Below are positions 40,231 through 50,808 of a stretch of DNA of 64,000 nt, piece after piece (the first letter of the stretch is position 1; each line of letters opens with the position of its first letter). The DNA lies in NCBI GenBank assembly GCA_964634945.1, contig CAZWMG010000004.1:52528-116527 (forward strand), given 5' to 3'. The position numbers and the translations under genes are program-made. Under the pieces are notes generated by a model, which saw nothing but the letters and a program-made list of their open reading frames with translations, made no database searches and was not told where the DNA came from. Source of the stretch: an uncultured Planctomycetia bacterium (GTDB taxonomy: Bacteria; Omnitrophota; Gorgyraeia; JABMRG01).

Positions 40231-41442
40231 ATGGCAAAGACATATGCCGAGATAAACAAAAAGATAAAACAGGGTAAGGCGGTTGTGGTAACAGCGGAAG
40301 AGGTCATAGGTATAGCGAAAAAAGAGGGTACAAAAAAGGCATCAGAAAGAATAGACGTTGTCACCACAGGGACATTTGGCCCCATGTGTTCTAGCAGTGC
40401 TTATTTTAATACAGGGCATACCAAGCCGAAGATAAAGCTTGGCGGTGGGAGAGCTACATTGAACAATGTTCCTGCTTATGCGGGACTTGCCGCGGCAGAT
40501 CTCTACATAGGTGCTTCAGTTTCAACCGAGGATGATCCTAAAAATAAAGTGTTCCCCGGAAAATTTGAATATGGCGGAGCCCATGTAATAGAGGATCTGG
40601 TAGCGGGCAAGGATATCAAGCTTTCTGCGACAGCCTATGGAACAGACTGTTACCCACGTAAAAAGCTTGATACTTATATCAATATAAAGGATCTTAACGA
40701 AGCGATCCTGTTTAACCCGCGCAATAGTTATCAGAATTATAACGTTGCTGTAAATCTTCATAAGGATAGGGCCATATATACATACATGGGTATACTAAAA
40801 CCCCAACTTGGAAATGCGAATTATTGTTCAGCCGGCCAGCTTTCGCCGCTCTTAAACGACCCATATTACAAGACAATAGGCATCGGCACGAGGATATTCT
40901 TAGCTGGCGGCGAAGGGTATATAGCATGGCATGGCACACAGCATAACCCGGGAGTAAAGCGCGCATCCAATGGCGTTCCAAAGGCACCGGCAGGTACAGT
41001 AGCAATAATAGGTGACCTAAAAGGCATGAAGTCAGAATGGCTGCGCGGAACTTCATTTGAAGGTTATGGAGTTACATTGGTTGTTGGACTTGGCATACCT
41101 ATACCGATACTCAACGAGGAGATGCTCAAATATACTGCGATAAAGGATGAAGATATATACACGCAGATCGTTGATTATTCCAGCGACTACCCAAATGGTG
41201 TATCGCGTTCGCTTGGTGAAGTAAATTACAAAGAGCTCAAGACAGGCAGTATAAAAGTAAAGGGCAAAGATGTGCCTACCGCCTCTTTGTCGAGCTATTC
41301 AAAAGCCAGGTCCATCGCGGAGGAATTAAAAGACTCAATTATAAAAGGCAAGTTCTTCTTAGGTGAGCCGGTCCAGCTGCTTCCTTCTTCGGATGCCGGT
41401 ATTAATTTTAAGCCCTTAAAAGAACGTCCTGTGCAAGATTAA
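40231..41442 (+). CDS. COG1900/DUF39 homocysteine biosynthesis protein (methanogen MA1821-type sulfur-incorporating enzyme)
   Basis: Begins MAKTYAEINKKIKQGKAVVVTAEEV..TTGTFGPMCSSSAYFN. About 400 aa. Adjacent to cysK. Confidence 0.65.
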   Translation: MAKTYAEINKKIKQGKAVVVTAEEVIGIAKKEGTKKASERIDVVTTGTFGPMCSSSAYFNTGHTKPKIKLGGGRATLNNVPAYAGLAAADLYIGASVSTEDDPKNKVFPGKFEYGGAHVIEDLVAGKDIKLSATAYGTDCYPRKKLDTYINIKDLNEAILFNPRNSYQNYNVAVNLHKDRAIYTYMGILKPQLGNANYCSAGQLSPLLNDPYYKTIGIGTRIFLAGGEGYIAWHGTQHNPGVKRASNGVPKAPAGTVAIIGDLKGMKSEWLRGTSFEGYGVTLVVGLGIPIPILNEEMLKYTAIKDEDIYTQIVDYSSDYPNGVSRSLGEVNYKELKTGSIKVKGKDVPTASLSSYSKARSIAEELKDSIIKGKFFLGEPVQLLPSSDAGINFKPLKERPVQD

Positions 41443-41491
41443 GTATTTGCGGTAAGTTAGCGGTTTTTTCTCAGATATGGGAGGAGACGTT

Positions 41492-41914
41492 ATGCGACAA
41501 GGTTTTTTGTATGCATTGCTGGTTATGATATGTTGGGGCAGTGCCCCAATATTTGCCAAGCTAGGCCTTTCTAAACTACCCCCGCTTACCGCTCTGGTCT
41601 TTAGAAATACATTTATAGCGATAATGTTTTTATCGGCCATGCTTATAAATGGCAGCATAAAGACACTTGCCGCTAGTGATATTAAGAGTGTTGTATTGAT
41701 ATTGATAGAGGCATCATTGGCAGGGCTGGTAGGGCAGTATTTTTATTACAAAGCGGTAAAGGTGTGGGAGGCTTCACGCGTTGTGCCTATTGTAGGCGCC
41801 TTTCCCTTGGTTACTTTTTTTATAGCTGTTATTATCTTGTCAGAAAAAATAACCCTGCTAAAAGTGCTGGGCGCATTATTCATAGTAGCAGGGGTTGGGT
41901 TATTGGGTATATAA
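41492..41914 (+). CDS. Small EamA-like (DMT superfamily, single-domain, 4-TM) membrane protein
   Basis: Hydropathy pattern and an EamA-like WGS.PIF motif. RBS GGGAGGA. Confidence 0.55.
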   Translation: MRQGFLYALLVMICWGSAPIFAKLGLSKLPPLTALVFRNTFIAIMFLSAMLINGSIKTLAASDIKSVVLILIEASLAGLVGQYFYYKAVKVWEASRVVPIVGAFPLVTFFIAVIILSEKITLLKVLGALFIVAGVGLLGI

Positions 41915-41925
41915 AGGAGGTTATG

Positions 41926-42141
41926 ATGAACAAGATGGCGCTTGTACTTGTATTGGCAGTTGTTTGTACAGCCGGTTTGGTTGCATTGGACAGGTTAGAA
42001 GGTTTACACGCAGCGGAGGCAGGAAAGGCTGATTTAAGCGCTAAGATCGATGACGCGCTTGACAACCAGCAGACAATATTGCAGAAACTTGATGAGATGG
42101 CAGAACAGATACAGATTGTCAAGATAAGAGCGACGAGGTAA
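41926..42141 (+). CDS. Small membrane-anchored hypothetical protein (71 aa)
   Basis: RBS AAGGAGG 5 nt upstream. N-terminal TM MNKMALVLVLAVVCTAGLVAL. Confidence 0.4.
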   Translation: MNKMALVLVLAVVCTAGLVALDRLEGLHAAEAGKADLSAKIDDALDNQQTILQKLDEMAEQIQIVKIRATR

Positions 42142-42235
42142 GCGCAAAAATAGTGAGATGCTTGATACTAGATGCAGGATGAAAACATTAAAGGCGCTTA
42201 ACTTTGTAACATAACTAGTGAAGATAGGATGAGAT

Positions 42236-42688
42236 TTGAAGGTAAGTAAAAAATTTAGGTATGGCTTAAGGGCTATGGTCGAGTTAGCCATATGTTATAA
42301 GTCCGGCCCCTTATCCGCAAAGTCTATTGCTAAGGCAGAGGCCATTCCATTGCAGTATCTTGAGCAGATATTTCACTTGCTTAAAAAGGCGGGCCTTGTA
42401 AAGACCATAAGAGGAGCAAAAGGCGGTTATCTTCTGGCGCGCGAACCAGCAAGGATAAAAATAAGCCATATTATGGATATATTGGATACAAACTCTTATT
42501 TAGCAGATTGTCTGGCACAAAAGAAAAACATCGGCTGTGATAGGATTGACGCCTGTGCCGCCACGAAATTTTGGCAAAAACTCCATAAGAGCATAAAAGC
42601 AGTGGCAGATTCTACAACTCTCAAGGATTTAGCGATAAAAAGGTTAAAAGACGCCAGCATAGGCCATAATTACATGTTTCAAATATAA
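42236..42688 (+). CDS. Rrf2-family transcriptional regulator (IscR/NsrR-like; Cys ligands near 100-110)
   Basis: N-terminal wHTH MKVSKKFRYGLRAMVELA. C..C....C cluster (CLAQKKNIGCDRIDAC). Confidence 0.8.
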   Translation: MKVSKKFRYGLRAMVELAICYKSGPLSAKSIAKAEAIPLQYLEQIFHLLKKAGLVKTIRGAKGGYLLAREPARIKISHIMDILDTNSYLADCLAQKKNIGCDRIDACAATKFWQKLHKSIKAVADSTTLKDLAIKRLKDASIGHNYMFQI

Positions 42689-42763
42689 AATGCGGGATTA
42701 TAGCTTGATTTGGCTATAATCCATTGAGAAATAGCTCATTTTGCTTGACCATATGGAGATGGT

Positions 42764-43342
42764 ATGGTAAAATCAAATACTGAAAAACAAGAAAAGAGAG
42801 ACCAAATAAGAAAGGATATCTTAACACTGTTGCGTTCGCAGCAAGATACAGAGCGTGCAATTAAGAGTGAGCAGATAAAAAGGAGGTTATTCCAGGAGAA
42901 GAGTTTCCATCAGGCTGAAACTATCATGTTTTATGCGGCAAAATCGTATGAAGTAGATACTTTGCCCATGATAGAAGATGCGCTTGGATTAGGTAAAAGA
43001 GTGGTTATACCAGTGACAAAAACCCATGAAAAACGTTTGATCCCTTCAGAAATACGAGACCCGAAAAAGGAGCTTGCAAGAGGCCCTTTCGGGATATATG
43101 AACCTAAGAAAGAATACATGAAGACCGTTGACCCTAAAGAGATAGATGTAGTTATTGTTCCGGGCGTTGCCTTTGACAAAACAGGCAACCGTATCGGTCA
43201 TGGTCAAGGTTATTTCGACAGATTCTTAAAGAACCTGCCTTCAACAACACCTACTATTGGGCTGGCATTCAAGCTCCAGCTTGTGAAAAAAATCATCGCT
43301 TTTTCATGGGATATACCTGTCACTAAATTAATCACAGCGTAA
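42764..43342 (+). CDS. 5-formyltetrahydrofolate cyclo-ligase
   Basis: 192 aa. Motifs [13 protein letters not shown] and [19 protein letters not shown]. Confidence 0.75.
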   Translation: MVKSNTEKQEKRDQIRKDILTLLRSQQDTERAIKSEQIKRRLFQEKSFHQAETIMFYAAKSYEVDTLPMIEDALGLGKRVVIPVTKTHEKRLIPSEIRDPKKELARGPFGIYEPKKEYMKTVDPKEIDVVIVPGVAFDKTGNRIGHGQGYFDRFLKNLPSTTPTIGLAFKLQLVKKIIAFSWDIPVTKLITA

Positions 43343-43538
43343 TAAAAATAAGCAGATATATTGTGTCCGCTTTATTCGCGGGCCAGGGTATTGGTTTGTT
43401 TGCGTAAGCAGACAGAGCACTCAGTGCTTTAATAGTCGCATCTCGCCTTATACGAAAAAAGTTGTAATGGAAAACGGGCGGGAGCTTCAGCAGTTTTATA
43501 CAGACTGCTTTAAACATAGAAAGGAAGAAGGTGTAGCT

Positions 43539-45113
43539 ATGTCAAACAACATGAATCCAATAGTGCTTTCCTTAAGCATTATCGCGATAGCGACGCTGTT
43601 TTTTATGATAGGTTATTTTATCAGTAGCCTGATCAAATCAAAAACACACAAGTTCGCGGGTGAGAAGGCGAAACAGATAGTAGAGCAGGCGCAAAAAGAG
43701 GCTCAAAACTTACGTAAAGAAGTTGAACTTGAGTCAAAGGACCTTAAATTAAAAATACGTTCTGAATTTGAGCAGGAGACAAAGGATACACGACGTGAGA
43801 CAAAAGAAGCGGAGAGAAGGCTTACACAGCGCGAAGAGAATCTCGAGAGAAAAGTCGATCTCTTAGATGGAAAAGAAAAGAAGATAACGCAAAAAGAGAA
43901 TGAGATTATACAGAAGGAACAGAATATCACCAAAAAAGAAGCAGAGCTAAATAGGGCCCTTGAGGAAGAAAGGCAGAAACTGCAGCGTGTTGCCGGGATG
44001 TCATCGGACGAAGCAAAGAAGCTGCTTCTCGTCAGGATGGAGGAGGAGGCAAAGCAGGAAGCCGCTGTTATGCTGAAGAAGCTTGAGGAGCAGACTAAGG
44101 CAGCAGCTACCAAAAAGGCAAGGGATGTAATAAGTCTCGCGATACAGCGTTACGCCGCGGACCACACAGTAGAATCGACAGTAAGTGTTGTAAGCCTTCC
44201 TAGCGATGACATGAAAGGAAGAATCATAGGCAGAGAAGGAAGAAATATACGCGCGTTAGAGGTAGCTACCGGGGTCGATGTTATTGTCGATGACACGCCG
44301 GAAGCTGTTACGCTTTCAGGTTTTGATATAGTAAGGCGTGAGATCGCCAAGCGGACATTAGAACGACTAATAGAAGATGGTAGGATACATCCGGCAAGGA
44401 TAGAAGAGGTTGTTGAGAAGATTAAGAAAGAGATGGAGATAGGCATACGCGAAGAAGGGGAAAAAGCGGCCTTTGACGTTAATATACATGGCCTGCATCC
44501 GGAGATCATAAAACTTCTTGGACGCTTAAAATATAGAACAAGTTATGGACAAAACGCGCTCCAGCATTCCAAGGAGGTCGCGTATATAATGGGCGTTATG
44601 GCGGGTGAGCTTGGCATAGATTTTAATTTCGCCAAACGTATAGGGCTTTTACATGATATTGGTAAGGCGGTAAGCCATGAAGTTGAAGGCGGCCATGCCA
44701 AGATAGGCGCTGATTTGGCGCGCAAATACGGCGAGACAGAAGCGGTAATACATGCCCTGGAGGCGCACCACGAAGACATAGAGGCAAATTCTGTTTTTGC
44801 TGTATTAGTCCAGGCGGCAGACGCGATTAGCGCTACACGCCCGGGCGCAAGGCGAGAGACGCTTGAGACTTATGTTAAGAGACTGGAAAAACTCGAAGGC
44901 ATAGCGGATTCTTTTAAAGGTGTGGAAAAGTCATTTGCTATACAAGCAGGCAGAGAAGTGCGTGTTATTGTCCAGCCTGACAAGATTAACGATCTTCAGT
45001 CAATAAGCATGGCAAGAGATATCAGTAAGAAGGTTGAGGACAATCTACAGTACCCAGGCCAGATAAAGGTAACAGTAATACGCGAGACCCGCGCGACAGA
45101 ATACGCAAAATAA
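43539..45113 (+). CDS. rny: Ribonuclease Y
   Basis: N-terminal TM, long coiled coil, KH domain ([15 protein letters not shown]), HD domain (LLHDIGKA). Confidence 0.9.
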   Translation: MSNNMNPIVLSLSIIAIATLFFMIGYFISSLIKSKTHKFAGEKAKQIVEQAQKEAQNLRKEVELESKDLKLKIRSEFEQETKDTRRETKEAERRLTQREENLERKVDLLDGKEKKITQKENEIIQKEQNITKKEAELNRALEEERQKLQRVAGMSSDEAKKLLLVRMEEEAKQEAAVMLKKLEEQTKAAATKKARDVISLAIQRYAADHTVESTVSVVSLPSDDMKGRIIGREGRNIRALEVATGVDVIVDDTPEAVTLSGFDIVRREIAKRTLERLIEDGRIHPARIEEVVEKIKKEMEIGIREEGEKAAFDVNIHGLHPEIIKLLGRLKYRTSYGQNALQHSKEVAYIMGVMAGELGIDFNFAKRIGLLHDIGKAVSHEVEGGHAKIGADLARKYGETEAVIHALEAHHEDIEANSVFAVLVQAADAISATRPGARRETLETYVKRLEKLEGIADSFKGVEKSFAIQAGREVRVIVQPDKINDLQSISMARDISKKVEDNLQYPGQIKVTVIRETRATEYAK

Positions 45114-45264
45114 ATAAGCGTATAACTTACGCTACGAAGCGATGTAATCTTAAGTTTACATTTTCTGCATTGCAGATTTTGTAAACTTAAGAGTTAAGTT
45201 GACAAATTATACAATACTCAAAATGTAAAGTTAAGGATAGCACAGATATAACAAAGGATGTAAT

Positions 45265-46035
45265 TTGAAGGTTTTATTGATAGGTGATATAACAGGTTCC
45301 CCGGGTAGAAATATCTTAGGGGAGAAATTACACGCACTACAAAAAAAAGAGTCCATAGATTTTACTATCGCGAATGCCGAGAACGCGGCAGGGGGAAGCG
45401 GGATAACCCCCGCTATCGCAAATGAGCTCTTTTCATACAACATTGATGTGCTGACATCAGGAGATCATGTCTGGCGGAAGAAGGAGATAGTAGAGTTTAT
45501 AGCGCGCGAGAACAGGGTTCTGCGGCCTGCCAATTATCCTGATGGCGCACCGGGCCAGGGTTTTTGTATCTACGAATCACACAGTGGTGAGAAGATAGGA
45601 GTAATCAATCTTTTAGGACGTGTCTTTATGCAGCCGGTTGATTGCCCGTTTCGCAAGGTAGCTGAATGTATCGAGCGGATATCCTCTATCACAAAGACAA
45701 TCTTTGTGGATATGCATGCTGAGGCAACCAGTGAAAAAGTGGCGCTTGGATGGTATTTGGATGGCAAGGTAAGCTGTATTTACGGTACACATACTCATGT
45801 GCAGACAGCGGATGAGAAGATATTGCCGCACAATACAGCATATATTACTGATATAGGTATGACAGGGCCGTTTGATTCTGTAATCGGAAGAAACAAAGAA
45901 CAGATCCTTGAGCGCTTTATTACACAGATGCCGACCAGATTTGAAATGGCAGATAAGGATGCTCGTATTAATGGCGCTATAGTGGATGTAGACACAGATA
46001 CAGGGCGCGCGACATCCATAAAGCGAGTTGGTTAA
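45265..46035 (+). CDS. ymdB: YmdB-family metallophosphoesterase (TIGR00282; 2',3'-cNMP phosphodiesterase), TTG start
   Basis: VLLIGDITGSPGR..; conserved rny-ymdB pairing. Confidence 0.8.
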   Translation: MKVLLIGDITGSPGRNILGEKLHALQKKESIDFTIANAENAAGGSGITPAIANELFSYNIDVLTSGDHVWRKKEIVEFIARENRVLRPANYPDGAPGQGFCIYESHSGEKIGVINLLGRVFMQPVDCPFRKVAECIERISSITKTIFVDMHAEATSEKVALGWYLDGKVSCIYGTHTHVQTADEKILPHNTAYITDIGMTGPFDSVIGRNKEQILERFITQMPTRFEMADKDARINGAIVDVDTDTGRATSIKRVG

Positions 46036-46189
46036 TAATATAGTTTAATATAAGCAATTTGACAAGGCACAAGGTGTAAGGCGCAAGGCGATTACTGCTA
46101 TCCCAAGCAGCCATCGCGTTATTCTTAGTCTTTGACTATAGATGATAATCTTGCGCCCTGTGCCTAATACCTATTTTCATCATAAAGCT

Positions 46190-47395
46190 ATGAGTGACAA
46201 TATTACCCAAGACAAGAAGATTTATTCTGTAAGCGAACTGACCCGTGACATCAGCCTACTGCTAGAGGGTGAATTTTCCAGGGTATGGGTTGAAGGCGAG
46301 GTATCAAATTTTATTCTTCACACCTCAGGGCATTGCTATTTTAGCCTGAAGGACGCGGAAAGCGTAATCGCTTGCGTGATATTTAAAAGTTCTGCCAATA
46401 AACTCAAATTTGATATAGAAAATGGCATGAGCCTTGTCTGTTCAGGCAGGATAGGCGTATATAATAAAAGGGGCCAGTACCAATTATATATTGATAAGGC
46501 AGAACCAAAAGGCGTAGGCTCTTTGCAGCTTGCCTTTACCCAGCTTAAAGAAAAACTTTTCAAAGAGGGGCTATTCGATCAGGCACATAAAAAACCGCTC
46601 CCGTATTTACCCGAAACAATCGGGATAGTTACATCGCCGACAGGAGCCGCCATCCGCGATATGCTAGATATCATAAATCGGCGTTTTCTAAATATGCATA
46701 TCATACTTTTTCCATCAAAGGTACAAGGTGAGACAGCGGGCTCAGAGATAGTTGCGGGGATAGAGGCGTTTAATCGCTTGAAAAACGTAGATCTCATTAT
46801 CATAGGACGCGGAGGCGGAAGCATAGAAGACCTATGGGCCTTTAATGAAGAATTGGTAGCAAGAGCTATATATAATTCTGAGATTCCTCTGGTTTCAGCG
46901 GTTGGACACGAGATAGATTATACTATCTCGGATTTTGTAGCAGATTTGCGCGCGCCGACGCCTTCCGCGGCAGCGGAACTTGCGGTGCCTGAAAAAAGCG
47001 ATATCCTTCAGCAGATAGAGCTGTTACAGGGAAGGCTCAAGCAGGCCCTTAAAAGCAGGGTCGACGCTCTACAAAAACATCTAGACGCTATCATGCAAAG
47101 ATACGCCTTCCGCCAGCCACAGTTTTTAATAGAGCAATATCAGCAGAGACTTGATGAACAGAGCAGATCGCTTTCGCAGAGTTTATCGCATTTTATCTCC
47201 ATAAAGAAAGAGAAGATATCGAGTGTTAATGGGAGATTGAAGGCTCTTAATCCAACAGCGATATTGTCAAGAGGCTATAGTATTACCATGACGCACCCTA
47301 GCGGTGATATTATAAAAGACGCCTCCAAGGCCAGGCAAGGTTCCTATGTGAGGACGAAGCTGGCAAAAGGAGAGATTATTAGTACGGTAGAATGA
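46190..47395 (+). CDS. xseA: Exodeoxyribonuclease VII large subunit
   Basis: OB fold, then catalytic region (IGIVTSPTGAAIRD, GRGGGS.EDL). Confidence 0.85.
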   Translation: MSDNITQDKKIYSVSELTRDISLLLEGEFSRVWVEGEVSNFILHTSGHCYFSLKDAESVIACVIFKSSANKLKFDIENGMSLVCSGRIGVYNKRGQYQLYIDKAEPKGVGSLQLAFTQLKEKLFKEGLFDQAHKKPLPYLPETIGIVTSPTGAAIRDMLDIINRRFLNMHIILFPSKVQGETAGSEIVAGIEAFNRLKNVDLIIIGRGGGSIEDLWAFNEELVARAIYNSEIPLVSAVGHEIDYTISDFVADLRAPTPSAAAELAVPEKSDILQQIELLQGRLKQALKSRVDALQKHLDAIMQRYAFRQPQFLIEQYQQRLDEQSRSLSQSLSHFISIKKEKISSVNGRLKALNPTAILSRGYSITMTHPSGDIIKDASKARQGSYVRTKLAKGEIISTVE

Positions 47396-47447
47396 TTTTG
47401 TGTTGCGCCCGCCTGCGGCGGGAGAAAATAAAACCAGAGGTGATAAG

Positions 47448-47753
47448 ATGGCAGAACAAAAATTTGAAGACGCGCTCAATAAACTGGAAAAAATAGTGAG
47501 CGATTTAGAGGACGGGGAGCTTAAGCTGGATGACGCTATTAAAAAATACGAGGAAGGCGTCAAGCTCTCAAGAGTCTGTAATAAAAAATTAAACGAAATT
47601 ACAAAAAAGATAAAAGTGCTTGTAGAGGATGATTCAGGCGATCTGGCGGAAGAAGAGTTCGACGCGCCTACTCTTGCCGCGGATGAGGGTGCGGACAAGG
47701 ATAAGCCGGCACGCAGAAAGAGCCTGCCCAAGGGAGAGAAGTATTTGTTCTAA
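47448..47753 (+). CDS. xseB: Exodeoxyribonuclease VII small subunit (with an acidic C-terminal tail)
   Basis: FEDALNKLEKIVSDLEDGELKLDDAIKKYEEG. Confidence 0.8.
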   Translation: MAEQKFEDALNKLEKIVSDLEDGELKLDDAIKKYEEGVKLSRVCNKKLNEITKKIKVLVEDDSGDLAEEEFDAPTLAADEGADKDKPARRKSLPKGEKYLF

Positions 47754-47808
47754 AAAGGCGCATGTGATAAGGCACAAGGAAAAAGGATAAAGGTTAAAGG
47801 TTAAAAAA

Positions 47809-48636
47809 GTGACAAAAATGAAAAAAGACACATTAAACTATCTTAAAAAAAGAAGAGCGATTATAGATAAGGCATTATCGAGCCTCGTTGTAGCGCCGAA
47901 GGGCAAATCAAAAACAGTATATACAGCTATGAACCACGCCTTAAAAGGCGGTAAAAGAATACGTCCGATACTCTGTTTAGCTTGTGCGGAAGCAGTTGGC
48001 GGCAGGGTAATCGACGCGCTTAAAGTTGCGTGCGCCATAGAATTGACCCATAGTTATTCACTTGTCCATGATGATCTTCCTTGTATGGACAACGACGATT
48101 ACCGCAGAGGGCGTTTAACATGCCATAAAAAATTCGGTACAGCAAACGCGGTATTGGCAGGAGACGCGCTTCTTACATACGCCTTTAATATTTTATGCTT
48201 TGCAACTAAGAGCGCATCTGTTAATATGCAGCTAGTAGAAGTTGTATCACAAGCAGCCGGTATACGCGGCATGATAGGCGGCCAGGTTGCGGATATCGCT
48301 ACCAACAAAAAAAGCCAGGCCATGCAGGAATATATAAATATCCAAAAAACAGGGGCGCTTATCGCGGCATCCTGCAAAATGGGCGCCATTTCAGCGAAGG
48401 CAAGCAAAAAGGATACAGGATTATTATTAAAATTTGGCGAGCATATAGGCATGGCCTTTCAGGTGGTTGATGATATTGTTGATAACGAAGGGCTCTCTTT
48501 AATAATGGGTCAGAGAGACGCATTTGAATACGCGAAAGGCCTGACCATAAGAGCCAAAGCTACAATAGCGGGCCTTGGCAAAAAAGCGGGGCCTCTTCAT
48601 GTAATAGCAGATTTTCTGCTTCATAGAACGCACTGA
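47809..48636 (+). CDS. ispA: (2E,6E)-farnesyl/geranyl diphosphate synthase
   Basis: FARM motif LVHDDLPCMDNDDYRRG and second DDxxD (VVDDIVD). Confidence 0.85.
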   Translation: MTKMKKDTLNYLKKRRAIIDKALSSLVVAPKGKSKTVYTAMNHALKGGKRIRPILCLACAEAVGGRVIDALKVACAIELTHSYSLVHDDLPCMDNDDYRRGRLTCHKKFGTANAVLAGDALLTYAFNILCFATKSASVNMQLVEVVSQAAGIRGMIGGQVADIATNKKSQAMQEYINIQKTGALIAASCKMGAISAKASKKDTGLLLKFGEHIGMAFQVVDDIVDNEGLSLIMGQRDAFEYAKGLTIRAKATIAGLGKKAGPLHVIADFLLHRTH

Positions 48637-48655
48637 TAATAACAGGACAAGGTAA

Positions 48656-50521
48656 ATGAGTTTATTGAAAAAGATAGATTGCCCAGATGATTTAAAGGCC
48701 TTAAGCGTAGAAGAGCTTTCGAAATTATCAGAAGAGATACGCGGTTTTATGATAGACTCCGTAGCCAATACAGGCGGGCATCTCGCGCCAAGCTTAGGCG
48801 CTGTAGATTTTACAGTAGCGCTTTATTATTGTTTACACACGCCTCAGGATAAGATCGTCTGGGATGTTGGCCACCAGTCATATGCTCATAAGATACTAAC
48901 AGGAAGAAAAGAAAGATTTCACACCTTGCGTCAAAAGAACGGCATCAGCGGGTTCCCAAACGCTAAAGAGAGCGATTATGATATATTTACAGTCGGGCAT
49001 GGTTCTACTTCTATTTCAACAGCGCTTGGCCTCTGCGCGGCACGTGATTTAAAAGAGACAAGCGAAAAGATAGTAGCAGTTATAGGAGACGGATCATTAG
49101 GCGGGGGCATGGCATTTGAAGGGCTTAACCACGCGGGACAGCTCCATAAAGATTTATTGATTATCTTAAATGATAATGAATTCTCAATCTCCCCTAGCGT
49201 AGGGGCATGGAGCCGTTACTTAAACCGTGTTATTACAAATCCGGTTTATAACAGGGTAAGAGCGGATGTAGATAGGTTGATACGGCGCGTACCAAAACTA
49301 GGCTTTCGCTTAGCAGGTGCGGCCCGGAAATTGGAAGAGGGCCTAAAAAATCTGCTTGTACCGGGTATGATGTTTGAGGAGATGGGCATAAGATATTTTG
49401 GCCCTGTAGATGGCCATAATATACCCGCCCTTATAGAAGTTATGAACAATGTTCTTCCGCTGGATGAGCCGCGGCTCATACATGTCATAACAAAGAAAGG
49501 CAAAGGTTTTAAGTTTGCTGAAGATGCGCCCTCTAAGTTTCATGGAACAGCGCCGTTTGATCTGGAGAAAGGCGAGACTGCGGTTTCATCAGGAACCAGT
49601 TTTACGCAAGCCTTCAGTGATAAGATCGTAGAGCTTGCAGGCAAGAATAACAGGATAGTTGCTATAACAGCGGCAATGCCTGATGGGACAGGCCTCGATG
49701 GATTTGAGAAGACATTCCCTGATCGGTTTTTTAATGTTGGCATGGCAGAAGAGCATGCTGTAGGTTTTAGCGCCGGGCTTGCCAAGAAAGGGCTTATACC
49801 GATAGTAGCGATATATTCAAGTTTTTTGCAGCGCGCCTATGACCAGATTATACACGATGTAGCGTTACAGAATTTACATGTTGTCTTCTGTATTGACAGG
49901 GCAGGCATAGTAGGCGAGGACGGGCCGACCCACCACGGAGTCTTTGATATTTCATACCTGCGGCACATACCGAACCTTGTGTGTATGGCACCGAAGGATA
50001 TAGAAGAGCTTGCCGCGATGCTTGATTTTGCCGTAGGACATATAGGCCCCATTGCTATACGGTATCCGCGCGGTAACGCGATAGGAAAGCCTGACATGGA
50101 TATACCTATCCAAAGAATAGAGCTTGGTGTTTCAGAAATGCTGCGAGCTGGCAATGACATAGCAATATTTGCCATAGGCGACATGGTATTGCCTGCTCTT
50201 GAGGCAGCGCATCTTCTAGCGCAGGATAACATCCATGCGGAGGTTATTAATACGAGGTTTATCAAGCCGATAGATAGTGATATAATATTAAGGACAGCGC
50301 AAAGAATCAAAAAATTTCTTGTTGTAGAAGATAATGCCTTGGAAGGCGGCATGGGCTCTTGTTTATTAGAAGTCTTGGCTGACAATAATCAGGATGTAGA
50401 GGTAAAGAGATTGGGTGTACCGGATAGATTCATAACCTATGCCAAGAGAGATGAGTTGCTGGAAGAGCTCGGTTTGTCATCTCAAGCTATCGCCGGAAAG
50501 GTGCGCGAATGGCTAAAATAA
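48656..50521 (+). CDS. dxs: 1-deoxy-D-xylulose-5-phosphate synthase
   Basis: TPP motif GDG(S)LGGG, transketolase-like domains, 621 aa. Confidence 0.9.
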   Translation: MSLLKKIDCPDDLKALSVEELSKLSEEIRGFMIDSVANTGGHLAPSLGAVDFTVALYYCLHTPQDKIVWDVGHQSYAHKILTGRKERFHTLRQKNGISGFPNAKESDYDIFTVGHGSTSISTALGLCAARDLKETSEKIVAVIGDGSLGGGMAFEGLNHAGQLHKDLLIILNDNEFSISPSVGAWSRYLNRVITNPVYNRVRADVDRLIRRVPKLGFRLAGAARKLEEGLKNLLVPGMMFEEMGIRYFGPVDGHNIPALIEVMNNVLPLDEPRLIHVITKKGKGFKFAEDAPSKFHGTAPFDLEKGETAVSSGTSFTQAFSDKIVELAGKNNRIVAITAAMPDGTGLDGFEKTFPDRFFNVGMAEEHAVGFSAGLAKKGLIPIVAIYSSFLQRAYDQIIHDVALQNLHVVFCIDRAGIVGEDGPTHHGVFDISYLRHIPNLVCMAPKDIEELAAMLDFAVGHIGPIAIRYPRGNAIGKPDMDIPIQRIELGVSEMLRAGNDIAIFAIGDMVLPALEAAHLLAQDNIHAEVINTRFIKPIDSDIILRTAQRIKKFLVVEDNALEGGMGSCLLEVLADNNQDVEVKRLGVPDRFITYAKRDELLEELGLSSQAIAGKVREWLK

Positions 50522-50715
50522 CCATAGATCAGGAAAGATGTAAAGGGTGTGGATTATGTATAATCTATTGCCCACATAATCTTATAGTAAGCGCGGCAAA
50601 GATTAATAAGCGCGGTGTAAAACCAGCGCAATTTAAAAAAGGGCACAAGTGCGCAGGGTGCACGCTATGCGCTGTTATCTGTCCTGATAACGCCATTGAG
50701 GTATATAAAAGTTAA
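50509..50715 (+). CDS. 2x[4Fe-4S] ferredoxin (delta subunit of 2-oxoacid:ferredoxin oxidoreductase)
   Basis: Two CxxCxxCxxxCP clusters. Overlaps the dxs stop. Confidence 0.75.
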   Translation: MAKITIDQERCKGCGLCIIYCPHNLIVSAAKINKRGVKPAQFKKGHKCAGCTLCAVICPDNAIEVYKS

Positions 50716-50808
50716 TTATAATGGATACTAGATGCTGGATGCAAGATGCTAGATACAAGGGTACAAGGCATAGGGCACAAGGAAAAAGGCAAAAGCAAAA
50801 AGGTTAAC

